Source: Eledone cirrhosa
Lineage: Eukaryota
NCBI GenBank assembly: GCA_964016885.1
Contig: OZ024744.1
Coordinates: forward strand, 38,564,001-38,628,000
Length of the DNA stretch: 64,000 nt
Reading direction: 5' to 3'
Shown here: positions 41,629 through 53,938 of the stretch, one piece after another
Layout: every line of letters begins with the position of its first letter
Numbering within the stretch: position 1 is the first letter of the stretch
Position numbers and translations under genes: made by a program
Notes under the pieces: model-generated
Database searches by the model: none
Told to the model about the DNA's origin: nothing
The model's input: only the letters and a program-made list of their open reading frames with translations

Positions 41629-41855
41629 GTACCTCGAGCCAGATTTTCAAACTATTGAAAATCGATGTCATTACTCACATGTGGAGTAAGATGGCGAACA
41701 ATGCAACAAGGGGGAGCTATCCGCTCTAGCAAAAATTGAATCCAGAATAAGGATTTGAAAATTGTTTAAAAAAAACGACATGCATGCATAAAAAAAACAA
41801 GGCAAAGGAAAAGCAGAAACACAGAGGCAAAAAAAAAAGGTGCAGCTAACATAGT

Positions 41856-44800
41856 CTAAATATAGAAGGTGCTGCAAAGTTTTTTGGGCCAGTGGACCCT
41901 ACGACCTGAACGGGTCGTGGTCTTGTAACGTGGCGATGGTGGTGGTGTAGGGACAGGCGATGATGGTGGATCAGGAATAGTCGTTCGCTCAACAGGCAAA
42001 TACGAAGGGGTTCGTGGATCAGGAACCACAGCGTCCGTATCGAGGTGCGCCTGCTTAAGCCTGTCTAATGTAACTGTCACCCTGGACCCCTTAATATCTA
42101 ACGTGAAATGCTTAGCCGAGCGCGCTAAGACACGGTAAGGTCCAGTGTAAGGCTGTGTGAGCGGGGGCTTCACCGTATCATTCCTTACAAAGACATGCGT
42201 CCACGAGGCAATATCCCTCGGGACAGCAGTCTTGACAGATTGTTTCCTAGTGTCCATTGGCGGCAAATCCTGGAAATAGGAGCGCAAACGAGACACGTAG
42301 GAAGCGTGATCTTGGGCATCAAGATCGATAGGGGCAAGCATTTGCCCGGGCAACGTCAGAGGGGCACCGTACAGTACTTCGGCCGGTGAAAATCCAAAGT
42401 CAACCTTCACCGTTGACCGAATCCCTAGTAGCACAATAGGGAGGTACTCGCTCCAATGCGCCGAGTCCATTGAGGCCATTAAGGAGGCCTTCAGTTGGCG
42501 GTGAAAACGCTCCACCATACCATTCGAAGCGGGATGGTATGCCGTAGTTCGAATGCGTTTAGCACCAATTAATTTTGACAGCTCGAGGAAAAGGCTCGAC
42601 TCGAACTGTCGTCCACGGTCGGTAGTTATTGTGGATGGAACTCCATAACGAGAGATCCATCCAGACACAAGAGCACGTGCTGTTGTCTCCGCGGTGATGT
42701 TTTTCAAGGGGATGGCCTCAGGCCATCTCGAAAAACGGTCAATGACGGTAAGTAGATAAGAAAAAACCATCGCTGACAGGCCAAGGTCCCTCTATGTCAA
42801 TATGAATATGCGAAAAACGCGCATCTGGGTTAGCAAAGGTACCCATGGGAGCCTTGACGTGTCGATGGACCTTTGATCTCTGGCAAGCGACGCAGGAACG
42901 GCACCAAGCAGCAATTTCACGCCTCATATTTGGCCAGAAAAATTTAGCTGATATGAGCTTTGCTGTGGCAGAAGATCCTGGATGCGAGATACAATGTAAT
43001 CCCAGAAACACGGTCCGACGATGATTCTCTGGAACGAAGGGCCTAGGCACGTCCAACGAGACGTCGCAGAGAATTTGGCCAATTGCAGTCGACAGAGGCA
43101 AGTATTTCATCTCGCAATTCGCAAACTCGGGCGTTGTGACATCCAATGACTCAAGGGGAGGCTGATCCCCAGCCAAACGAGTCAGATCTATGTCAGAGGA
43201 TGACGATATCGCTGTCACGGGCAAGCGGGACAAAGCATCGGCCGCTGTATTTAGTGAACCCGGAATGTGCTGGATATCACTCGTATATTGCGAGATGAAA
43301 TCAAGGTGTCTCGTCTCTCTGGGCGAGTATTTATCAGCCTTCGCTTCTCAAAGCAAAAGTCAATGGTTTATGGTCAGTGAGGATAGTAAATTGTCTACCC
43401 TCTAGCACATGTGAAAAATGTTTCACGGCCAAATAGATGGCTAAAAGCTCTCTTCCAAAGGTGCTGTAGCGCGTCTCAGCAGGATTTAGCTTTTTGGAAA
43501 AAAACTCCAGCGGTTGCTGGTAACCATTGATGTTTTGCTGTAGTACTGCGCCCACAGCGATATCCGATGCATCAACACAAAGCGTTAGCTTTGCACCGGG
43601 TACCGGGTGAGTCAGTAACGAAGCATTAGCCAAAACAGTTTTGGCGTGCTGAAAATCAGCAAGTTGAGTGTCTGTCAAAGAAATATCTTTGTTCTTCCTC
43701 CGACAATTTTTCAAAATTTCTGTCAGGGAGAAAAGCAACTTGGCACAATTTGGCACGAAACGCCTATAAAAGTTAACCAGACCTAAGAACTGGCGTAACT
43801 GACGTAGTGAGGTCGGTGGAGGCAAATCCTCTATGACCTTAACTCGCTCAGGCCGGGGTCGAATTCCGTCAGCATCGATGACGTGACCCAAGAAAGTCAG
43901 TGACTCAGCACCAAAAACACATTTGGGTGCATTAAGCTGCACGTTATACGCCTTCAATCGGCGGAAAAGAAGATTCAAATGGTGCGTATGCTGCTCTGGA
44001 GAAGAACTAGCAATGAGCAGATCGTCAATATAGGTATAGACGAAATCGAGGCCGCGAGTAACCTCATCCATAAACCGCTGAAAAGTACTAGCGGCATTCC
44101 TTAATCCGAACGGCATAGTCAAAAACTCGAAAGACTCAAATGGCGTAACTATAGCCGTTTTTGGAATGTCATTTTTATGGACAGGAATTTGATGGTACGC
44201 ACGAATTAAATCCAGTTTGGAGAATATCTTGCATCCCTGCAACGAAGACGCAAAGTCTTGCAGATGAGGGATAGGATAACGGTCCGGTACCGTTATCGAA
44301 TTCAGGCGTCGATAATCTCCAGTAGGTCTCCAATCGCCATTCGCTTTCGGTACCATGTGTAATGGGGACGCCCACGGGCTCGTGGACGGACGAATAATCC
44401 CCATTTGCAGCATATGATCAAATTCTGATCGTGCTGCTTTGAGTTTGTCCGGAGGCAAGCGACGAGGACGAGAGAAAACGGGAGCACCAGTCGTAGATAT
44501 GAAGTGCTCCGTGGTATGAGTAGGTTCATCAAATCGAAAATTCCCCTGTGTCAGTTGCGGGAACGAGTTCAACAACGCATGGAAAGGATCACCGGTGTTA
44601 GCAAGAAAAAATATCGGGCTAACCGTTGGAACTCCTGCTGCCTTGCCAACAACAGTTAATCCCGTGATGCCATCAATTAGGCGTTTACCACGAAGGTCCA
44701 CCGTCAATGAAAAATGGTGGAGAAAATCCGCGCCTAGAATCGGATACGGCAAGGCAGCGACAGTAAATATCCATTTAAACTCGCGCCGCAGATTACGAAA

Positions 44801-45052
44801 CTGCAAAGGTAACGAGATTTGTTCGAAAGTTCGAATCGGCGAACAATTTACTGCCTGCAACTCAATAGGCGTCTCGGGGGGAGTCTCCTTCATACAACAC
44901 ACAGGCCATACGGAACAAGCTGCACCTGTGTCAACCAGAAAAGCTCTACCTGACAGCAGGTCCTCAATGAAAAAGTGGCGGTTAGATGTTGTTTCGCAGA
45001 GCGCACTATCCGCCGTTAGTGACTCTGGTCGTCTTTTCCCTCGTAAGTACAA
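41856..45052 (-). pseudogene. pol: Gypsy pol (protease, RT, RNase H, integrase) with two frameshifts
   Basis: [39 protein letters not shown] (HCISHPG..CVAC), [22 protein letters not shown]. Confidence 0.93.
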
Positions 45053-45729
45053 GGAGGCCTACAACGGGCTACGGTGGCGAGAAGTTGCATAACGTCGTGA
45101 GCGGCTCCTCTGCCGTCCAAAGGACCTGAATTCCGTGCACAACTCCGCCATTTGACGAGTCATGGCTTCCATAGTGGTGATTAATTTGTCATCAGACGCT
45201 GATGAGCGTGATTGAGGAAGAGGAAGCAACGTACTTTGGCTTCGAAGTGTCTCTCTTCGTCACCTCTACAATTTTGTCAGCAGAGACAGCAATGTGATCC
45301 AGGGTATTCACCTCTAGCATATGGGCTAGGATCGCCTGTACCTCTTGAGGTAGGCGAGAGAAGAACAATTGCTTCAGGAAAGGGCTATCCTGATCTTGGG
45401 AATCGCTCAAAGCCCGCAAATGCCGGAGAAAAGCGGTAGGGGTCCTGTCACCTAATCGTTCGTCCTCGATCAGTGACCGAAAACGACTCTCTACCGACTT
45501 ACAATTCCTCCTCAAAATCTCGCCCTTCAAAAACTCATACGTCAAGTCAGAGGGGGGGGGGGTCTGTAATTAGGTCTTGGACCGAATCTGCTAGATTAGG
45601 GGGAAGGCCGCTAATCAGTACAGCGAGGCGCTGGTCAGATTCGGTCTTACAGACCGTAAAATACGCCTGTAACTGGGCAAACCACATCTTAGGTTTTCCA
45701 GTAAAGGCGGGCAAATGTGGTACATTCAT
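45050..45729 (-). pseudogene. gag: Gypsy gag, frameshifted
   Basis: PAFTGKPKMWFAQLQAYF and LGDRTPTAFLRHLRAL; frameshift at the poly-C (~45550) and a break at ~45192. Confidence 0.85.
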
Positions 45730-46580
45730 GTCAACTTTTAAAATTAAAACAAATATATATACCTATATATCGAAAGAGCAATTAATGCACCCTTGTACAG
45801 TGAAAAGAGAACAGCCAATATTGAGAAAAAGTTAAAGGGCAAAAAGAAACAGACATTCAAAACATAAGGAAATATGCAAAATACATAAAATATAGATATA
45901 TATCTTTAAAAAAAAATTTTTCCTTCAACGTCTGTCCCGTCGCGTTGCCTCAACGAACCAGCCAAATCAAATAAGGTAAAAAAAGAGGAAGAAAAAAATG
46001 TTGTTTTTTTTTTAAATATGGATATCAACAAAGGTAGCCAGTGGCTAAAAATCCCTTATAAAAAGGTAAGGCATGTATATCCCCATGCGGGGCAGTTATG
46101 TTCACAATAAAAGTTTAGTCTCTTCTCTCTTGATCAGTCATGGAACACATACGCAATTCAAAAAATGTGTCCGTTACAAAACTGGGAAGGAACGCAACGC
46201 CACCTTGGAAAAATACACTTTTTTCTTTTTTCTTCTGTAAGTTGCGAAAAAGTTGGCAACGGAAATGGAATATTCAAGTGAATAAAAAAATTATCGACAC
46301 GAATGAATCGTTTTGATATTTCCGATGTGTGGTGGTTTGCGTCGGTAAGGCTAAGAAGCTGCCACTCACTATTCCCTGTTTTGGTCAGTGGTTAAACAAT
46401 GTTGTCGCTGATGCTGCTGTCGTTGTTGTTCTCGAGTGTAGCAAAAAGTTTTTGAAATACTACTAATTTTTCGATAATTTTAAAAGGATGATTTTTTATT
46501 TTCGCAAGATGCGAAAAAAAGGGCCGACAATGTGGCAATAAAAGGTCAATTGATGAAAAAGAAGGGCTGCGTTAAATTCT

Positions 46581-46594
46581 TACGTCGGTCACCA
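46581..46594 (-). promoter_or_regulatory. Primer-binding site, tRNA-Trp-like
   Basis: TGGTGACCGACGT just inside the 5' LTR. The tRNA-Trp 3' complement is TGGTGACCCCGACGT, so this copy is 2 nt shorter. Confidence 0.65.
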
Positions 46595-46595
46595 C

Positions 46596-46821
46596 TTTAG
46601 CAGTATTAGTTGTAGGTGTTATCGAGATGCAAGTGACATAATAACAGCAGAAATTAGAGATGAAATATACGTTTATTTTTTGATGTAGCACAAACAATGG
46701 TGTTGTACAGAGGCTGGTATCTGGAGTGTGATCCGTCGGCTTTCCAGTGGCTGTCTGTCTTTTCTTTCTGGCGTTCTCAACCGGCGTTGTTCTATCAAGG
46801 AGCGTGAGGCGTCTTACTACA
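46596..46821 (-). repeat. 5' LTR
   Basis: Element strand TGTAGTAAG...CTGCTAAA. Confidence 0.95.
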
Positions 46822-48739
46822 AATCTAAGGCGTTCGATAGGGTCGACCATGGTTACCTGGATGCGGTGCTAGCGGCGGCGGGCTTCGGACCCATTTTCAG
46901 GGGCTGGATTTCTGCCATGCACAGTGGCAACGTCTGCTCTAGGGTTAAAGTAAACGGCTACTTCTCGGAGCTGTTTCAAATCACCCGGTCCATCAGGCAG
47001 GGGTGCCCCCTCTCCTCCCTTCTGTACGTATTGGCTCTCGAGCCACTGCTGCGGAAGTTGGAGTTGATGCGGGGCATACCCCTGGAACCGGGATTGCACA
47101 AAGCGGTCTATGCCGACGACGTAACAGTAATGGTGGCGGACGCCTCGGAAATCGGAGCGATCGCCACCCTACTGGAGGAATACGAAAGGCTGACGGGGCT
47201 AGGCTGAACCGGGACAAATCAGTCGGTTTGCAACTCGGAACGTGGAGGGGAAAACCGATGCCGTTAGACGGTGTCGTCGGGCGGTGGACGGAGGGCCCGG
47301 TGAAGCTGCTCGGGGTCTGGTTCGGACCGGACCTCCAGGTGGAGAAGAATTGGGTCGAGGTGACGAGCAGGGTGTTTGCGCTGACCCAGAAGTGGGCCAA
47401 GTTCAAACTATCACTGAAAGGTCGGGCGGAGGTGACGAACGTTTACATAGCGTCCGTCATCTACTACCGCCTGACCGTCGTGCCTTGCCCCAAGGAAACG
47501 TTCACCATCATGGAGCGCATGCTCTTCCAGTTCCTCTGGAAGAAGCGGCCTCCCATGGTGAGGAGATCCATCTGCTGCCAGCACCCTTCGAAAGGAGGGC
47601 TGGGTATGCCGTGGCTGTTGATGCGTAGGCACGCATTGAGGCTACGGCATCTACAGGTATTCCTCACCGGTCAGCCGGTGTGGGCCCCGTTTGTGAGGTG
47701 AGCCTTCCCACAGCTCGTCTCGCTCACCGAGCTGCAATCCTGGGTGAAGCAAAGACCGAGAAAACTGGACAACTGGCACACCGAGTGTGCCCAGGCGCTC
47801 ACAGCTCTCTGGCAAGCGGACCCGACTATCAGTGGAGAATCCACCTCGACATTCTATAGAGGGCTGGTGGCTAGCAGGGGCGACGACACCCTTGGAGAGT
47901 CGCTAGGCATGGAGGAAGACGAACTGGCCAGCCTGTTCGGTAGAACTTTCGGCCCGGGACCCATGGACAACTTCCAGAGGTCCCTAACCTGGCAGTGCTA
48001 CCGGGGGGCTCTGCCCGTTCGAGAAAAGCTCTACAGACACGGGCGCCCGGGCAGGGATCCCGCGAAAAAGATCTGTCCCAGATGCGTGCGCGACGAGGAA
48101 ACAGTTGCGCACGCACTGGTACACTGCCCGGTCGTTGCCGATCTGTGGGGCTACGTCGACCGACTGCTGTCGCGTGTGGCACCGATTCGATTAACCGCCG
48201 AGTCTGTGGTGAACATCAAGCCGCCTCCTCCCTTCAGAAATGAAGCAGAGGCGGTCTTTCTGTGCGTAATAGCCATGATGAAAGAGGTTGTGTGGTGGAC
48301 GCGCCTGAAAGGTCTGAGGTCGGGTGACTTTCTCTCCGGCCAACACCTGGTTTACTTCTTCCGATACCACTTTGGAAGAAGGATCAGGATGGAGAGAGAA
48401 GTGCTTGGCCCCAGACAGTTTTATGAAAGGTGGGTGAAAAAAGCGAGAATGGCTCGTGTAAATGGGCCTTCTCTCTACATTGTTCTGTAGGTGAAGAATT
48501 GAAGAGGAAAGGGGGAGCGCCTCCTCTCTGGGCTTCCCCCGCGAAAAGGGTTGCACACTTTTCAGGGGTATGTGCAATCCCCAACACGCCCCCTCCCTTT
48601 TGAGGACTTTTTATTATTATATTATTCTTATTGTTATGCCTTTTTCTTTACTCGCATTTATGTAAACTCCCCCCTCTGTATTTGTCCCTTTCTCTTGTGC
48701 CCTAGTGGCAAATAAAGAAATATATCTATCTATCTATCT

Positions 48740-51700
48740 CCGGATGTTCTTCATATCGGCTCCTCGATTATTGGAGATATTACGTGTTAACAGTAAGTGT
48801 TTGTCTGTATTCTTGCGTTATTGTGTTAATTAACCCCCTTGCCTGAGTCTTCGGACATTAGGGTTAATTTATTTCACCCCTTTTTGGGGTGAATTTTTTC
48901 ATCCTAAAAATCTTGTGATTGTCTCTACACTAGTGGTAATGGAAGCCATTACCACAGGTAACGATGACACGCCCACTAAACAAACTGAAGGAGAGGGGGT
49001 AGCGGAGGCAACAAGCCTCCCTACTGCAAGAATAATGATTATTAGAAACATTGAAAAAATGGAGCCTAACCCTAATGAAAAAAATGTGAAAAAAATTGAC
49101 TCGGAGAAATTGCCAACATTAATGGATGCCGTTTCGACTTTTCACGCCCACCAGCAAAGGTGAAAGAGAAGTAGTAGCTGTGACTAAAAGTCTCTCGGAT
49201 ACTGAAAATATATGTGAACATTTTGAAGAAATGGAGTCTAACCACAACAGGGAAAAAATGTGAACGCATACACCAACACAAACACAACAACAAAAAATTG
49301 TAACAACAAAAACCAAGAAAACAACCACATTTCGACAAATGTAAACAAAGAGGGGCCGAACAAAATGACGTTCGCTCAAACTACCAAAAAAAACCATTGT
49401 GTGTGAACCTATTGACATTTCGAACATGGCCCAGCAAATGGAAAATGCACGGAAGTATATAACTTTGGAGGAGAATGGTCTATTTCCTTTAAATTCTCCC
49501 CCAGAGCTAAAAAAGGAAAATAGCTTAAAAACTATTATTTATAGGACAATATCCAACAAAACCCGTAAGCCAGTACAACTCACACAGATAGAGATTGAAC
49601 TGGCGTTAAAAGATCATCTGAAAAACATTGTATTCATTTGGAAGGATAGACTCTACGGTAGTCTATTCATCCAAATGAAAGATAAATTGACGGCCGAAAA
49701 ACATTCCCTGGCCCCAATTGTGTCCCCCTTATTTACCTTCTTCCCCATTTATTTGGGAAGAAGAACGCAAAGATTGGCCATACACAGTATCGATCCAGAT
49801 ATTGATTTCTGGGCGGTACTGTGTGGCCTCCTCGACTTGAAAGAGGAGGCAGTAATTTCGGTACGTAAGTCTTCCAGCAACGTGTTCGGTGGAACTAGCC
49901 TGCAAGTTCTGGTGCTAATGCAGGATCCCCAACCGCATATTGCTGGATGGGCTTACCTATTTACACATCACATTGGAGGGTAGACGACCCGCTTGTTACC
50001 TCTGTGGTGACAGAGGTCACCTGAGGGCTGCCTGTTCCCAAGCAAACAAAACAACACCGATTTTGCCCATACCAACAACTACAACACTACCAAAACAACC
50101 TCCACCACCTCCACAAAAAAGACTGACACCACAAGTTAAAACACATCTGAACCCCCCCCCCCGAAAACAAATACAATAACACCCACACCACAAACAAGAG
50201 CCAAAAATGTACCCCTCCCCTCGAATACGGAAGACGACCCCCTTTCGTCGTCAGACGAGGGGCCGGGACACTTTCATAAAGTTAAAAGAAAAAAAAAACA
50301 CACCACAGGAACACAAATACAAACAACCCCTCCCCAATACATAACACAGACATCAACACAAAAAAACACAACAGCAAACAAAAAACTTCACATAAAAGGA
50401 AAAATATGCATATACTTACATAAGTACAATAAACAAAAAACTGTTAAACGTTATTTATAACAACTTAATAAAAACCGAAGGTTCGGATTTCGCACAAGCA
50501 ACGGGGCTTCCCCATCTAAAAATGATAAAAGCCCCAATGGACATTTACAAAACGTTAAGACACTTTTAAAGAGGACGTGGGTCCCCCCTGCGTCAGACCC
50601 ATTAATCGTGTCCTCCTAAAAAATCCCCCCCCAGACACCCACACAACTCCAAACACCACAACCCCACCACACACTGATGCCCCTACACTTCCACAAACCA
50701 CCACCCCACCCAACAACCCATCCTCCACCCCCATGGAAATTGTGCGGTTCGGTCCCCGGGACGCAGAGAGGTAAGTGCCTTTTCTCTTTACCACCAACAT
50801 AGCTGTGTTGAGAGTAAGTTGTCTAAATGCGCGTGGCCTGGGCTCACCTTGGAAGCAAGCAATGCTTCTAAATGACCTGAGGTCACGATGTATATATGTG
50901 ATGGTTATTTGCGAGGCCCGGATCAGCAGTGTGCGACAGCTGGCCCCCACCTTTGATGACTATGAGATGCACGCATCTCTTTGTCAGCCCGGAGGTGAGC
51001 GTGGGGTTGTCGTTCTGCTGCAAAAACATCTGGGTCTCGCTACACAGACGGTACACTTGGACCCAGAGGGTCGACTAGTGTTTCTGGACCTTGGCATTGG
51101 TGAAGGCGGAGCTTTTAGGCTGGTCGCCGTCTACGGCCCTTTTGGGTCAACGCGGCCGGACTTCTTCCATCGTCTGGAGACTTTTCTAGGGACGTCCCGC
51201 TCCTTGCTTTTAGTGGGGGACTGGAATGGTATCCTAGATGCACGTTGGGACTATGTAGGGGCATGTCCTGATAGAGGGGGTTGTAACAGCCTCAAGGGTT
51301 AATCGGCCGATTCGACCTGGCCGATAGATATCGACTAGATTTTCCGACTGTGCCACTGTGGACTTGGACAAACGATAACGGTCAATCTAGATCGTACCTA
51401 GATAGGTTCTTAGTTAGAAATAAGGATAGGGACATTTTAAGTTGTCCAGAAATGCTCATGGTTGGCTATTCAGACCAAAAGTTAGTGACCTTCATGGTCA
51501 ACCTTGATAGAACGCATAGACAGGGACCCGATTACTGGAAGCTCAACTTGTCCTTACCGGCAAGTAAAGCTTACAGGGACCGGATTAGTACTTTAGTTAA
51601 GGAGCGGTTGACGGGCGCCATCGTCATCAGCAGGTGGTGGGGCTCTCTCAAAAGAGAGATTAGAGTAGCTTCAATAGGAGTTAGTAAGGAGTTAGCCTCA

Positions 51701-53903
51701 GATAGAAATAGGAAGGAAAGGGAGTTGGTAGATAGTGTAGAAGAGGCAATTAGAAGCGGCGACGTGGCCAGAGTACTAGCGTCGAGAACGGCCTTGGGCC
51801 AGTTCTTCGACGCGAAACACGAAGGCTGCGTTGTCCGAAGCAAAATACGTGCTCTGGGAAATGAGGGGACCAAAGCTGTTAGCTGGGCCCGCGTGATAGA
51901 AGCCAAAAGTGGGATTAGATCCACTATCCGGTCTTTGCGAGACCAGGATGGACGGGTGATCCTTGAACCTAAGCAGATGAGCGAGGCCTTTCAAAGGCAC
52001 TTTACCCGATTGTTCGGAAGGGGCGAGGGGCCGGATGGGGATGTGGACCTCGGTCCATACCTTGACGGCCTGCCGTATCTTTCGGACGAGGAGGCGAAGT
52101 CCTGCGAGAGGCCGATCTCAGCTGCTGAAATAGGGGACGTGCTGAGCCAATGCGGCAGACGCAAATCTCCGGGCCTCGATGGTCTTCCATACGAACTGTA
52201 TTTAAGTATGCCGGACTTGTTCTTCGATCTCCTCTAGGCGGTCTACTGCAACTGGCAACAGAACAGGAGAATTCCCTGTTCTGTGACTAAGGGCGTAGTC
52301 TCGCTAGTGAGGAAAGACGAGAACAAGGGGGATGAAATAAGTAATTTTTTGGCCCATAACTCTGCTAAATGCAGAGCTAAAGATTTTGGCCAAGGTGTTA
52401 GCAAAGATGTTGGCGCTTGTCGTGGGCAACCTGGTAGGAGATGCGCAGACATGCGCCATCCCGTCCAGGTCCATTCATGACAACCTCCATCTCATGCGAT
52501 ACATCATAGAGAGGGTTGGGAACGAACCCGGCTTTGGTTGGGCCCTGATCAACTTTGATCAATCTAAGGCGTTCGATAGGGTCGACCATCGTTACCTGGA
52601 TGCGGTGTTCGCTGCAGGTTTCGGACCCGTTTTCAGTGGCTGGATCACTGCCAGGCACAACAGCTTCATCTGTTCTAGGGTCAAGGTGAATGGCTACCTC
52701 TGGGAGCCGTTCGAAATCACGCGGTCCATCCGACAGGGATGCCCTCTCTCCACCCTTCTGTATGTATTGGCCCTAGAGCCACTGCTGCGGAAGTTGGAGT
52801 TGTTACAGGGCAGGAGATCCATCTGTTGTCAACACCCTTCGAAAGGAGGGCTGGGAATGCCGTGGCTGCTGATGCGTAAACACGCATTAAGGCTACGGCA
52901 CCTCCAGGTATTCCTCACCGGTCAACCGGTGTGTGCCCCGTTTATGAGGCGAGCCTTTCGAGACTCGTTTCGCTCACCGAGCTGCAGTCCTGGGGCAAGC
53001 AAAGACCGAGAAAACAGGGCGCCTGGTACACCGCGTGTGCCCAGGCGCTCACGGCTCTCTGGCAGGCGGACCCGGCTATCGGTGGAGACTCCACTTCGTC
53101 ATTCTATAAAGGGGTGGTGGTTAGTAGGTGCGACGACGCCCTCGGACAAGCCCTAGGAATGGAAGAAGACGAACTGGCCAGCCTATTCGGGAGGACATTT
53201 GGCCCGGGACCTATGGAAAACTGGGTCTCGCCCGGGACCCCTCGAAAAAGATCTGTCCCAGATGCGTGCGCCACGAGGAAACCGTTGCGCACGCATTGGT
53301 ACACTGCTCGGGCGTTGCCGATCTCTGGGGCTATGTCGAACGACTACTGTTACGGGTGGGACCATTCCGGTTGACCACCGAGTCCATTGTAACGATCAGC
53401 CCCCCCCCCCCCCACACCTTTCAAAAATGAAGGAGAGGCGGTGTTCCTCTGTGTAATAGCCACGGTGAAAGAGGTGGTATGGTGGACACGTTTGAAAGGG
53501 CTGAGGTCGGACACCTTTCTCTCTGGCTAACAACTGGTCCTTTTCTTTAAATACCATTTTAAGAGAAGGATCAGAATGGAGAGAGAGGTGCTCTACCCCA
53601 GCAAGTTTTATGAAAGGTGGGTGAAAGTAGCGAGAATGGCCCATGTAAATGGGCCTTCTCTCTTTATCAGCCTGTAGGTGGAAAGGTATAAGTTCAAAGG
53701 AGCACCCCCTCCCTGTGCTCCCAAGGAAAAGGGTTGCACACTCTTTCGGGGGGGGGGGGGTAACCTCCAAAACGCCTCCTCCCTATTGAGGACTGTATTG
53801 TTAATTTTATATTTGTTATTTGTTTTTTACTCGTTCTTTTATGTACCCCCCCCCCCCTGTATTTGTCCCCTTCTTTTGTGCCCTCGTGGCAAATAAATAG
53901 AAA
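48740..53903 (+). mobile_element. Tx1-like copy 5, full-length degenerate with internal deletions
   Basis: ORF1 (48939-50774) with CYLCGDRGHLRAAC, APE GDWN, RT deletion at ~52811, 3' UTR + TCTA. Confidence 0.93.
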
Positions 53904-53938
53904 CTTATCTATCTATCTATATATTTATCTATCTATCT

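Larger units (their letters stand above)
41403..46821 (-). mobile_element. Complete Gypsy/Ty3 LTR retrotransposon
   Basis: Two 226-bp LTRs, TSD AATC(T) at 41399 and 46822, PBS, gag-PR-RT-RH-IN domain order. Confidence 0.97.
37755..48720 (+). mobile_element. Tx1-like copy 4, full-length degenerate, interrupted by the Gypsy element
   Basis: ORF1 with CYSCMERGHVKANC knuckle, APE, RT split at LDQS|KAFDRV, 3' UTR + TCTA. Confidence 0.93.
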
